64,000 bases of DNA from Lingula anatina (taxonomy: Eukaryota; Animalia; Brachiopoda), in NCBI GenBank assembly GCA_051362555.1, contig CM120646.1:20584001-20648000 (forward strand), written 5' to 3'. Every line of letters starts with the position of its first letter. Within the stretch, counting starts at the first letter, position 1. A program made the translations under genes and the position numbers. Shown in pieces: positions 27,293 to 40,662 of this stretch. The notes beneath the pieces are model-generated. The model was not told the origin of the DNA. It saw only the letters and a list, made by a program, of their open reading frames with translations, and ran no database searches.

Positions 27293-29333
27293 CTAGTCTC
27301 TGGCACAGCGAATCATGCACTTTACGGCTTTTCCGCTCTTTGCCATTTCAAAGGCGTCCAGCGTTTGGCCCAGCGTAAACCGGTGTGTGATTAACGGTTT
27401 GATGTTAACTTGTCCCGTGGCCACGAGCTTTAGGGCAAGCTGGTAGCTAGAAGACAGACATTTTGTAATGAGTTTCAAAGTCATGAAAAACACGAGAAAT
27501 TTGAAAATGCAACATTGTACTGCACTTCTACCATTACTCCTCCTCTCACACGCCTCCCCATGCATTGTCCCTTCAGGGGCACTGTTATTAAATCTCGGGA
27601 GCCGTGTGAGAGGCGGAGAGACCATTACAAGATTAAGCGGTCTTCCTTTCATGTACATGTAGGTCCGCCATATTAAGGTCGTGGTCTAGCTTGCACTCGG
27701 CTCTTCTCATTCTGAATGACCCCACATGTGATTCCGTATATATAAATAAATAAACATACACTGTAGCTTCACATCAAACTGAAAATGACTGTAAATGGTC
27801 GACACAAATTATCAAATAGAAAAAATTAACTCTATTTGTATAAATGATTAATTTGACCTCAACTAATTACAATTTCCTCATTTACTCTTGTGCACGTACT
27901 CGTTGCAATACCGGAAACATCCGCGGATATCTATCTCCTTGGCAACGGCAAGGACCAATGGGATTCCCACAGACGACAACCCGTGACCAATGGCAGCCAC
28001 TACCCCTCCTGGTCTTGTGGCCTGCGTTAAGCATATAAATAAACGCAATCACTTAGCATAACATGTGGACTATAAATTAGAAACGGTGAGAATTTTAACT
28101 ACGACTTGATTTTTCTCTGTGAAAAATGTTTTAAAAATAGACTTGAATTGCAAATGTACCTAATTGAGTGCAAGAGGGTTATCAACCCAAAATCAGTCTA
28201 TGCAAAAAAGTAATAAACAAATAAATTAATACATGAGTAATAGAAAAAAATAAATAAACGAAATTTAATAAAATAAAATAAAACAAAATTAATAAACGAA
28301 ATTCAATAAAATAAAATAAAAAAAATAAAATTAAATAAATAGAATAAAATAGAGATCAAATAAAATGATAAAGAGAGAGTGAGGTGTTCTTCTCTGGGAA
28401 ACAAACACTTGGACGATGTGTCGAGTATCTGAGTGAAAGATCATATATATTTCAGAGAGACTCAGAGAGAGGGAAGAACAGAGGACAGATGAGGAGTAAA
28501 GAAGACATACAATTATGCCTAGCTGCAGCCCTGATTCCGCTCCGCTGCATTCTACGGTCACAGAGGGCATGCAGCCTAAGCGTTCCTTCACTTTAACTGC
28601 AAGGTGTTCCACTCGGTCTGCCTGCTCAATTAGAAGAGTATGCGTCGCACCCATCGCCATAGCAAACTCCAGGCGTGCCGAAGAAATGTCTAAAATATAT
28701 GGATATATTATGGGGACATTTAAATGTAGGGAACATCTAGAGCATGGAAAGCAGTACACGTGCTCTGGGGAGGGGCTGATTAAATGGTAAGTCTATGTTA
28801 AAAATGTTATGGCTAGAGCAGTGAACTATATCACTGCTTGCTATATAATGGAGTCATTTTCCTTTTTCTGTGCATTTTCCTCGATTATTGAATCTATACT
28901 TTTTGGATAGATCTTTTGTCTTATCGTAGATTATTAAGATGCAATGGTGGGTAAAATGTCCTTTGTAACCGCCTCGGTCCAGTAAAAACACGAGAGCTAC
29001 CTACCGGTCACACAGACATCAGAGGCTCCCATTGCCTTAGCTGAGACCAGGGACATAAGGCCTATCGGTCCTGAAATAAATGTCAAACGTGGTCAGTTAG
29101 CAATCTTTACTCTAGTTGAAAACAGCTGCACTATGCGCGTTAAACCTTTTTATACACTGTAAATGATAATTTAAAAATGATAATTTTCCAGGAAACAATG
29201 TAGGCTATGTTCATTACTTAAGCACTTTCTATCGGAAACTTGTGAGAAAACTACGATTTATAAATACAGTATGATATGATATTCAACAATATCCTTCTCC
29301 ACTGTTTAAAACCAAAAACTTGTTAACAAAAAG

Positions 29334-29367
<34 letters not shown>

Positions 29368-31212
29368 GCTCCACTGATCAGTACGCTAGACCCCGGCTGT
29401 ATTCCAGCGCGCCTACAGGCGTGTAAACCGACAGAGAACGGCTCCAGCAGCGCCCCCTCTTCTTGACTTACGTGGTCTGGGAGCCTGAAACGAACAATCA
29501 ATATAAAATACATAATGGGGAATTACTGCTGGAGTGACAGGTATGGTAGTCGGCTAAGAACCGTAACCCGTTTTCCTCCGTCCCTAAAACACCGTTACCT
29601 CTGTAAAACCCTAACCTGCCCTAGAAGCTGCTAATATGACATCTATCAACGTGTTTTTTTTCTCGTGAGTATATTTCCCTTTATTTCACTCAGACCCCCC
29701 CCCCCCCCCACACACCATCCCCTCACAAGACGTCCAACTCACTTGTAGCAGAAGTCCGCGGCGTGGCAGTAGTATCGCCTGAGACTCCCGTGGCCCGGGG
29801 GTGTCGCGCAGAAGTCCACGTCAGGACACAGGTTATACAGACCCTCCTTGCACAGGTCACACACCCTGCAAGGCACACCCGGCTCCACCGCCACGCGGTC
29901 ACCTGACGAAAGAGGGAGACACTATCGATTGCTACCGATCGACTTAGCTTTGACCATTTTATATTTTTGTCTTGTTATAGACAGCTGACACTTTAGGAGT
30001 TATATGATGGAAGATTTTAACAGTTGAAAACGGATGCAGTGAGAAGATTTCATTGTATTCAGCCATATATCCTGCCAAATAATCATCTATTTTATCTGAG
30101 TGAAGCAGTTTTGCTAAAATTAACAACACGAGTAACTAAATGAAATGCAATTTAAGCTAACGAACAAGATAAAACTGAATTTAAAACGAAAAAATAAAAA
30201 CATATAAAGATTACAGCAAAAATCACCCTGAACTCCAGTGCATAGAGACCCATAACATGTGACTTTTTCAGAGGAATATGAAAGACAAAGCTTCATGCTC
30301 ACACGTAAATATCGGACTCAGTTGGCTCGTTACTGGTGACGAGGCATTGTCTTACCAACTTTCAGGTTGGTCACACCCTCCCCTAACGCTGACACCGTCC
30401 CGCTTGTCTCGTGTCCGAGGATCATGGGTTTCTTGACCACGAAGTGACCGATAGCGCCATCTTTCCAGTATTTGACATCAGAGCCACAGATACCCACAGA
30501 GTGGATGGCAAGCTGCACCTCTGTAAAGGGATGTGCTGAAATACAGACAGGCAGACAGAGGGACGGACAAACAGACAGACAGACGGACGAATAGACAGAC
30601 AGACAGACGGACAGACAGACCAGCTTGAAAATCGCTGGGTCCTCGTGGAACACCTCGAATGAATGTTGTTGTCTAAAGACCCTGTTATATTTTTTTGTTA
30701 AAGCATCAGTACCTGAGAGCTCCTTTTTAAAACATATACACAACCTTTTGCTGAAAACACGAAAATGTCAATTTCTTTGATTAATGCATGATGCACATGT
30801 CACGCATGAATGACGAATCCGGCACATTCATTGCGTAGGCCAATAGTGTTGCGTAAGCACTACGCAACACTATTTTCTTATAGATAGTGCGTATACATGT
30901 CAAGAGCATTCCGGAAGGAATCAGAGTATTCGTATCGCATGCCTGACTCACCTCTGAAAAATACCAAGCGTATTAATAACGAATACGCTTAACTCTGTGG
31001 ATTTGCCATGCACACGTGCAAAATATTACCTGGTTAAATACATTATTACACATAGGCTCTATATAGTGCATGTAAACGAATGCTGGATAAATACTCAAAG
31101 TGAGTATGCTACTTACCGCCTTTTTTAGGGTGGGGAATATCTGTTTCTTCCTGAAATGGAGAAGGAAATAAGCATGAGATGTCTTGGCCAGGCTTAACAC
31201 ACACACACACAC

Positions 31213-31286
<74 letters not shown>

Positions 31287-31366
31287 AGACAGGGAGCAAA
31301 TGCATTAATTACCAGTCGCAGATCCCCCTTCGTACGGAGCACGGCAGTTAAGTTGGTATCGGTCAT
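27293..31366 (-). CDS. SORD: Sorbitol dehydrogenase (zinc-dependent MDR family), ~350 aa
   Basis: Nine exons 31313..31366, 31117..31150, 30356..30520, 29743..29902, 29366..29484, 29005..29070, 28511..28689, 27900..28021, 27293..27446 (1053 nt in frame). Motifs [55 protein letters not shown]. Confidence 0.95.
27530..27724. mobile_element. Partial copy of the 3380..3684 MITE family in the last SORD intron
   Basis: Shares CCATTACA-GATTAAGCGGTCTTCC-TTCATG...TAGGTCCGCCATATT...CTCATTCTGAATG with 3590..3684. Confidence 0.7.
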
Positions 31367-32673
31367 CTTCCTCACAACGCCACGATTGAAAATCTTTGAC
31401 CTACTAATAGTTACAAGCCGTACGTGTGGAATACCTCAAGGGTCAAAATGATCCGAATTTTATCAATTTAGGCCAGCAGATGTAAGCAAAGTAAGAGATA
31501 GAGGCTCATTATGCAATAGATTCAGTGCGGCACGCTGGGAAATGCTGACGGTGGGGCTAGTCATGATCTTTACTTACAATTAACAGAACCAGATATACAT
31601 GTACTTCTCTTAGTTTCATTTCATACCTTTGCCACGGTACGACATTTGTTTTTGACATCGTATGTAGCTACGGGCTACGGCGAGTACATGTACGTCTACA
31701 TTTCGTCGGGGTGCCGTGTCATTTCTACGACATGATATTGGGTCCACTAAACAAAGGGAAAAATCGGTTGTCTGTTGAAATGTGGTCGTACGTTGAACTT
31801 TTACATGGCAAAAAATATCAAAAATAAAAATAAATAAAATATATATTTTAAAATAAATAAATAAATGGCTTTTATCAAAATATGCACTTCTTTAATCCAA
31901 GTATGCCATAGCCAAAACTGTCACAGAAGTGCGATCATCAGTAAACCAGTTTTTGAGTATTCAGTTTCTAGTTTTTAAGTCTTTGATTTACTCTCTCTCA
32001 ACGAAGATCGATAGAGACTGATAAATTTCACACGTGTCGAGACAAAAGTAGAAATTTAAAACTCTAAAAATTTAAACAACCGGGGTAATCTTTGGATCGT
32101 TATTCTGGCAAAAGGATTTTGACATAGTATACCTCTGTAATATTGGAAATATTGATTGAATTAGCTGTATTTTTTCTCTTTTTTGTTCTTTGTTTGCTTT
32201 TTATTCACGGCGCTTCTTGAAGAAAATCCACCCGTACTAGTCAGCTTAATAACATCGCGTGGGTAATATTTCAGGGATCTTGCCCGTCAGCTAATAAACG
32301 GAGCAGTAGGTTTTACTTGTACTCAATGATTAATAAGTAAAAAGTCAGTTGTTGGTATTTTTCAGATCGTGCATAGATTATTTCAACGGGAAGCTAACGC
32401 GCATCCGCCGCATTAGGGAAGCGCGGGTAACGCTCTGTTTTAGATAAATGGGCCAAATAGTCTAATTTCGAAGACAGGATGTGAATATTTGTTTTGACGT
32501 CATCTACATATGAACTTTTCGGGAGCCGAAAGTTCATTTATTGACCACGAGATCCGCTCGACAAAAGATATTACTTCACGAATTCAATGTATCACACACT
32601 AGCGTAGCATTGAGTAAGATCTGAAAGTTACTCTAGATTATTAGTCTTTTAAAGCGGGGACTAGAGGATTTAA

Positions 32674-32715
<42 letters not shown>

Positions 32716-32723
32716 GATAATAA

Positions 32724-32762
<39 letters not shown>

Positions 32763-34136
32763 AAAACATACTTTTCCTCTTCTGGGCCTGAAAAGGTCCG
32801 CCTTGATTCAACATTTAATACATAGGTTTACGTCCAATTCTTTTTTTAGGAAAAACGCTTTCAAATTGCTGGTAACCGGTACACGCTTAAAGTCTGCGAC
32901 TTTTTATTGATGCATGTGCAATGTGTTATTGGCCTCCCGCCGGTTACAAACAAGTATTACGTGAACAAGAATTAAACAAAATATTGATTAAATCGTTCTA
33001 TATGACATAACTGCTGTGCACTGGATAACAAAAGCTGTTTACCCTGGATACAGCTCCGGTGATATTGTTTTGTTGAAATGGGATTGCTTGTTATTTGCTA
33101 AGTGGGGTTGCCTGTAGGATTTTACTTATGGCACGGTACTCGTGCAGGTATACCTGTCTACGGGCTGTTTCATAGCAAGCATGTAGGGACAGAGTAGAGC
33201 ACAGTCATCACCAGGGTACAAAAAGGCTCCAGGATAAATGCTGCAACTATCTTGAGGCGGCATGGTCACAAGAAATTATTTTGATGGCATACATGTATCA
33301 GACGAAAAAAGATAAAATAAAACAATAAAAGTTAATGTTAAAGATAAGAAAAGATATAGATGGATAACAGATAGATGGTGAATCAATAGAAAACAAACAG
33401 AAATTAAAAAAAAAAAAACTTTCAGACCGACATACCTCTCCTTTAGCCAGGGTCTTGACCATGGGTTTTATTATTGAACTCAGTGAATAGTCCATTCAAT
33501 GTTATTGATTTATGGAAAGATATCCTAAAATATCATTTGAACACATATATTGATCATAGAATAAGGGTCGGGATGACACGTAACGTGCGTATTGTGCTAT
33601 TATTGACTCCCTGTGGGTATTCATTTTATATAGATATCTAGATCGATCTTTATGGATGATCAATGACTTTGGGAATATTTAGAATGAATGTTTGGTCATC
33701 CCCAAAATAGATGACACTGCATCAAATATGTATTAAAAACACACAAATCCACTTAAAGAATTCAAACTCGCAATACACGTTATCCTATTGCGAACAAGAA
33801 TATTTAGATATTGATTAACAAAGTGTATTGTTTGATATTTAACAACAACGGACGCTGTTATCACGTTAACGATCTTTGAAGTAGTGTAATATTCGCTATG
33901 AATATCAATTCAATCGATATTTTTAATTGATGATGTAAGAAATAATTACTCAACATATCGAAAATTTCATAATGACCAAAATGCTGCTGTCAGATTTAAC
34001 GGCACGACCAATGAGAATTTTCTATCAGCTATCCTTTCTAGCCTGATCAGTTGCCTCGCTCGTAACGAGGTCCATTCAGCCAAAAGAAAGTGTGTAGGTG
34101 ACGCAGAACCCGTGCAGTTCCAGGTCGCCGAACGAA

Positions 34137-34582
34137 ATGAAGATGGGTTACGGATTACTCGTAACTGTCACCAGTCTCCTCCTGTCATCGCTGGCGTTTG
34201 CCACAGCTACCGAGACCGTCGACATTTGTTCGTCGAACACCGCGAGCGGGGACACTTACGACGTTTCATTCGTGTCCGCAGACTATGGGGTGTCGTTTGC
34301 GGTGGACGCGGTGGAAAGCCGCAGCAATCTCGAATGCATTCTGACGTGCACCAGGCACTCTCTGTGTAGATCGTCATATTACGATAAAGTGAACAAGACC
34401 TGTTATTTAGTTGATGGGTCGCAATTGACCACTGGCTACACGACTGCCTCCGAGGAGGCTGCTGGATATGTGACCAATATTATGCAGACGGTGGTAAGTG
34501 TTAAATCCTCGCTAAACGGTTGTTAACAGTTCCCCGTGTTGCATTCTTGATTGTAACTTGATTTTTATCTCATCCTGATCAT

Positions 34583-34629
<47 letters not shown>

Positions 34630-37600
34630 AAATAATAATGATAATGGCATTTATTTTGAAGATAAAAATTGGATTGTCAATATTCAAAAGAGATACAAAT
34701 CATTCTAAAATACCTGTACCAAGGTACATTTGGAATTGGTACAAGTGGTACGGATATTTTGCTATCCCTTAATGAATTTTTATTTCCGCACCTATTTTTT
34801 ATCCTTCTTCCTTGATTAAATATTGTGATGAGTTTAAAATCTTAATACACGTTCAGATGTCGGGTATTCCACTTTTTAATATATTCATATTTTCCCCGAT
34901 TCCATTGAAAACTAAATGGCATGATTTACATCGTCGCTTCACTTAAAGTTTAAACAGCATCAAACAATGGTTTTGGTGCTTTTATAATATGGTAATTTAT
35001 GTGTGTTTTACGTTAGGATATATGTGGGTCCCAGGGACATAAGATCGTCTACCCGAGGTACCAAAATGTACATCTCACAAGTTTTGTGGTTTTTGGCAGA
35101 TATTTCGTAATATTTTCCGTTGCGATTCTAAATCTATATCTTTATGTTTTGCAAACTGTGTATTTGTGTTAATGTTTCTGACAAAATATATCCCATTGAC
35201 TTGGATGCTCATTCAGTACAATTTTAGTTTTAATTCTTCCCGATGCAAAATGCACATGAAACCTTTTTAGCTCTTGCAAAAGATTGAACCAAAACGTTTT
35301 AAAACTCCGCTGTATAAATATCATTATCCCTCAGTACTGTCGGCAGCGACTCTAGGATATAAAAATCTGCTTTCCCCCCGCTTCTTTATGTTACTTTTTT
35401 TCTTTCAAAAACTTGCACATTTTATCAAAGCACCGTTTTCCTTAGAATAGTCTTAAGCGGTATCAGGACAATTCTCCCCGAACAATTCCTCCCCCCCCCC
35501 CCCCCGGACGATATCCCCCGAAGAATATATATGTATATACAAATATAAAAAGATATTGCCGTTTATCAGTGCTGAGGTTATTGGTCGTGTCGATGTCGTA
35601 TTGCCTTGTGCCATGTCGATATCATACTGACCAATTCAAATATTAGTTTTGCATGGAGTACGCAGTAACATAATGGGTTCGATGATATTCATGGGTTATT
35701 CAAAAGATGAAGTAACGCACTTCTCTCAGATTCACCTACTATCCTAGCACCACGACAGGTGTGACAAAAATGGTAGTCCGCTTGGAACCTTACTCTGTTC
35801 CTTATTACTTTGTACAGGTGGCATTCGTACCATATACTAACCCCCACAGTATGATTAACCCTAACCCGTGCTTATTATATGGGACCATTGACTTTCATTC
35901 CTAAGACTAACAATCCTTTCAGACTGGAATACCAAGTTTCAATCAATTAATGCTACCAAAGCGGTATCTCGACACTTGCACCAATTAAGTAATCCATTTG
36001 AGACAACTTACCAGGTTTACACATTAGACCCTAGGTGTTATAATGTTCTGTGAAGTATATTTGTTCAATCCTGAATTTATTTAAAACGGCGAGTTTTTAG
36101 TTCTTTTTTTAATTATCTGCTTATACACTGATGCTCATAAGTTAAGCAACACTTTCTTATTTCTCGAATTTCTCAGCAACCAAAAATTTTATTGAGGCAA
36201 AATTTGTACAATAGCTAGATATTTCTCTTATTTTTACTTTGACTTACTAGACCGTGACATTAGAGTACTATTTACTGTTGGGCACGATAGAATATGCAAT
36301 GGGGGTGCCACTTGCGAAAAACACAGTTTGGCCATGCCATCAGGAGTTTCCAGTTTGGCTAGTTTCATGGGCACAATTTGTTATTTTGGACCAACCAATG
36401 GTTAGAAGAGGACTCAACGAGGTAATCAGATGGCAAATAATGGGAAGCCATCGTGCTGGGGTGCCAAAGAGACAGATTGCAAGGCAACAAAAAAGTAGCA
36501 CCAAGTCAAGTGTCCAAGCTGGTAGCAAAATGGCGCCAAACTCATCATGTATTGGACAAGCCTCTTTCTGGTAGAATAATATTAACCGACGCAAGGGATG
36601 AAGATATCTGGTTCGATTATGCCACCGGGACCAGTTCATATCAGCCAAACAATGAAAAATTGCCACCGTACCTCATTCAAGAGAGGTGCCCTGGTCAACA
36701 ATACAGAGACGAAATACCATTGGGGTGCATAAAATCACACATTCAAGGAAATCCAGAAAGAAAAATCATTTTGGTGCAGGACAATGTGCCCATCCAGAAA
36801 GCATGGTCCGTGCAAGACGCGCTGCAACAGCGCGGTATCCCACATTTGGATTGGCCTGCATATTTACCAATTCTCAATGTAATAGAACATGCTTAGGATA
36901 TGATTGACAGGGCAGTAAATGAGAGACAACCTCCAGTTAGAAACATTAGAGAGGTCCAGCAGGCAGTAAATGAACAATGGGACCGGCTCTCAAAGCAAGA
37001 TTGGCAGAATTTGGTGGCAATTTGCAGGAGACAATGTGAAGCTGTTGTTCAAAACCAGGGAAGGCACACCCGATATTTATTGCATGATAGACGATTAATC
37101 ATCTGTTATCTACAGTCTTCTTTTATTAAAACTAATTCTTAGATGATCGAACTTTATTTTTTCATAATTAGCTGTTTTAATCAGCACGTACTTTTTGCTG
37201 TGTGAGCATACTTTTTTGACACATAGTTTGGCATATTTTAGTACCGTTTGGTTAATAAAGTTATTTTGATTATTACAATAAGCTATGTTGTGTATATATT
37301 TAACAGAAATATTCAATTTGAATAAGTTAGTTATGAAATATGAAAGAAATATGCATAACCCCACCAACAAATGAAATAATGATCATGATAGAAGAAACTT
37401 TTGAAAAAATCGGGGTGTTGCTTTATTTATGAGCATCAGTGTATGTCTTACTGCTGATGGTAACCCATTCCATTCATACGGTGCCTCGTATACGAAATGT
37501 TTCCCCAAATATTTTAAGCCTTGCACAATGAGGGCTAAGTAATAATTGGCCCTTGGATTTTTTACGTGCGGTTTTGTGTGTATCGGGATACAAGATCACA

Positions 37601-38185
37601 GAGATAAATATGGCGGAAGTCCATAAAATGTTTTTCTAGGTAACTTGGACCCAGTAAGGGACACAGATAAATCTGCGACTCTAACAGGATCGATCTAACA
37701 GGATCTAACAGGATCGAACCATCTCCAAGGGGTTTCTCATTAATTGTTTTTAGCTTAGGCAGCTTAGATGTCTGGCAAGCCAACTGAAGCTGCTAAACGA
37801 TAATTAATTACCCCCTAGCAGCTTCAGTAGGCGTGACAGACATCTAAGCCGCTTAAGTTGATTGCAATTCAGCGAGAATCCCCTTGGAGATAGATCGATC
37901 CACAGTTAGTACGATATTGTCTGGGAATGGTCCCTCAGAGTCACTTATGTATTGATCGTCTGGTTTTAGGTGGACCTTGACTTCGAAAGCACCTTTTCGG
38001 AGTGCAGCGCATCTCCGTGTGCCGTGGCAGGAACATGCCGCGGGGACTGTGTGAACAGCGAGGCTGTCTGTATTGGTAAGTTATTTATATTGACACTATA
38101 GGTTTATAATGAAGACAAAAACATTTAAACAATTTATTTATATATTAGGCGATAAAGAGAGCTTCAAAACGGTAAAGTTAAATAC

Positions 38186-38240
<55 letters not shown>

Positions 38241-40629
38241 CGCTACAAATACTTTCATATTTATGCATATTCCGGTACTGTACTTATGTGTAGTGTTTTT
38301 CTAAATATCACGAAGAATTTAAAAATCATGAAGCATTCACAACAGAATATAGCGCTCGATTTTTCATGGTGGTGACAAGGTTCGTAGCAATTATGGGTCA
38401 TGTGTAACACTGTTTCAGGATTGCTTATGACAAAATATAATATCGACATGAATGAAATAGCGTGGACCAAAATTACGCAATTGTGTCGTTTGGAATTTGT
38501 GCAGAATTACGAAGGTGATCCTGGTTATTGTTGAAAAAAATTCTTCAACGAATCATTTTTCTCAAGTAATCCACCTGTATGACCCTTTGTGTTTGTGTAA
38601 TGATATCACCAATTAACTTACTTCAGTAGATTGCGATAGTTGTGACAAAGCAATGCGACAGTTGTGATCGGTCACATTTGCGTAATGTGTCAACATGACC
38701 ACATGATCCTATAAGATAATCTTAATACACGCGCACGATAATCACGGATTAACATATATTAGAACCCCATCGTTATATTAAACTACCCAGATATGCTCCT
38801 TGCATGTAAACACGGCAACATGATATATTTTTTTCTCACGATTTTTCAAATATTTAGATATTTTACCTGCATCATTATTTGTTTCCGTTTCTGTTATAAT
38901 TTGTTCAGATACACCTTCTGCAACTGGAGTGTGTGGACTCGTTTAGGTCTGATCCAATATAATTTTAGCAAGTATCAAAATAAACATGCAGTATTCATTG
39001 ATTCATTCAATAAAACACATTTAAGTAGAATAGCATATTGCTCCTTTCAAATTTATCTTACCCATGGCCTTCAGAATACAATGTGATCTGTAGTATCAAT
39101 ATTGAACAATAGGTGACGCAACGGACTGTGACGAAGTTCCACTATTCAATGTGTATCAATGGTCATCAAGTTCAAGTTGGAGCCACGACTCTGGTCAGTT
39201 ATTTGTAAGTATGGGTAATATTTTATGTTGACGTCTTGTGCTATTGATTATCAATTGATTGTAATGGAATGGTATTAATTCAGAAAATATTAGCACTGTT
39301 GCTGTCAAAGATTATTGATCAAAAGAGTACACATGGAGAAAAGCGTGCTAAAATCTATTAAACCAATAATTTTCATCTCTCATTATAAACACTTTAGGTA
39401 TGTGCAATTCTAGGCTAACATTATAGGCTAATGCAAAACCCAAATAATTATATCTCAGCCATTTAATATGGGATTCTGATTTTCGAAATTCAAATAGTTT
39501 CACGAATGTTTTCATAACGTTTTGCATTTCAACTTTGGTAGATGTCAATTGTTGCTCCATTACTATGCTAAACGTTGCAGCGCCATTCTCACATATGCCA
39601 TAAGTTTGAATAGTTTTCATTTTGAGACATGGGTGCTCTATTCCAGACTGTTTCTTACACCAAAGAAAGTGCCACTAGCGGTTTATATGTACAATGGGTG
39701 GGCACCTTGAGAACGTCATACAACTGCGGAGGCTGTAGCGCACAGTATTACTTCACCATTGACAACGCAGAGTGTTCCAACCCCTACGCCATCGACTGGT
39801 CCGAATACCATCCTAATGGCAGAGATTTTCACAAATTTGCCAACTGTACGTCTTGGTAGCCTTCGTTCACCTTTACCCTCTCACATTCCCCTCTAATTTT
39901 AACTGTACCTTTATGTGATATTTCAGCTGGTACGTAATGCTGTTTCTACCGGTATTCACATATTAAAAATCACGTTAATTAATGCTCCTGATACACCCGT
40001 CTTGCGCCTGCTTGGAGAAAGAATTTTGGTCCACTCTAAAAAATACATGCATGTTATTAAGCAAAAGCTACGATTTTTTAATTTAATTATGACTGCGAGC
40101 GCAAGCCCGATACATCAAGGCTTTAAACAAATCCTACATCTCTCTTGTTACAGTTTCTAAGATTTAACAAGTTTTTAATTAATTAATTAATTAATTAATT
40201 TTTTTGTGAATACTGCCTCAGTGGCGGAGAAACTGAACGCTTGTATTTTCATTCATTTAAGTCTTTGGCATATGCAACGGCATCGGGGCAGGAACGAAGA
40301 GCATAGGCATGAATGTACGATCCCTAAGTGGCAGTACCGAGAATCACGCGGGATGGAACGCAAGAAGTCGAGTCATCATTGCAGAAGTTGAAGGCAGCCC
40401 CGGCACAGGTAGGTGTTCGTAGAGTGTACAAAATGACTCGGATGACATGGTGATTTTTCAGTCATTATGTTGTAAAATATATAACTTTGTGTTCATGCAG
40501 AAACCATCCTAAGTACTGTTATATACATGAATAGGTCAGTAGTTGTTGCCATGCAGCCTATGCATTTCCTCACTGTGGCTCACTCCATTAAAACTAAATG
40601 ATATTGCCATCGTCAACTCCAGAAACGTA

Positions 40630-40662
<33 letters not shown>

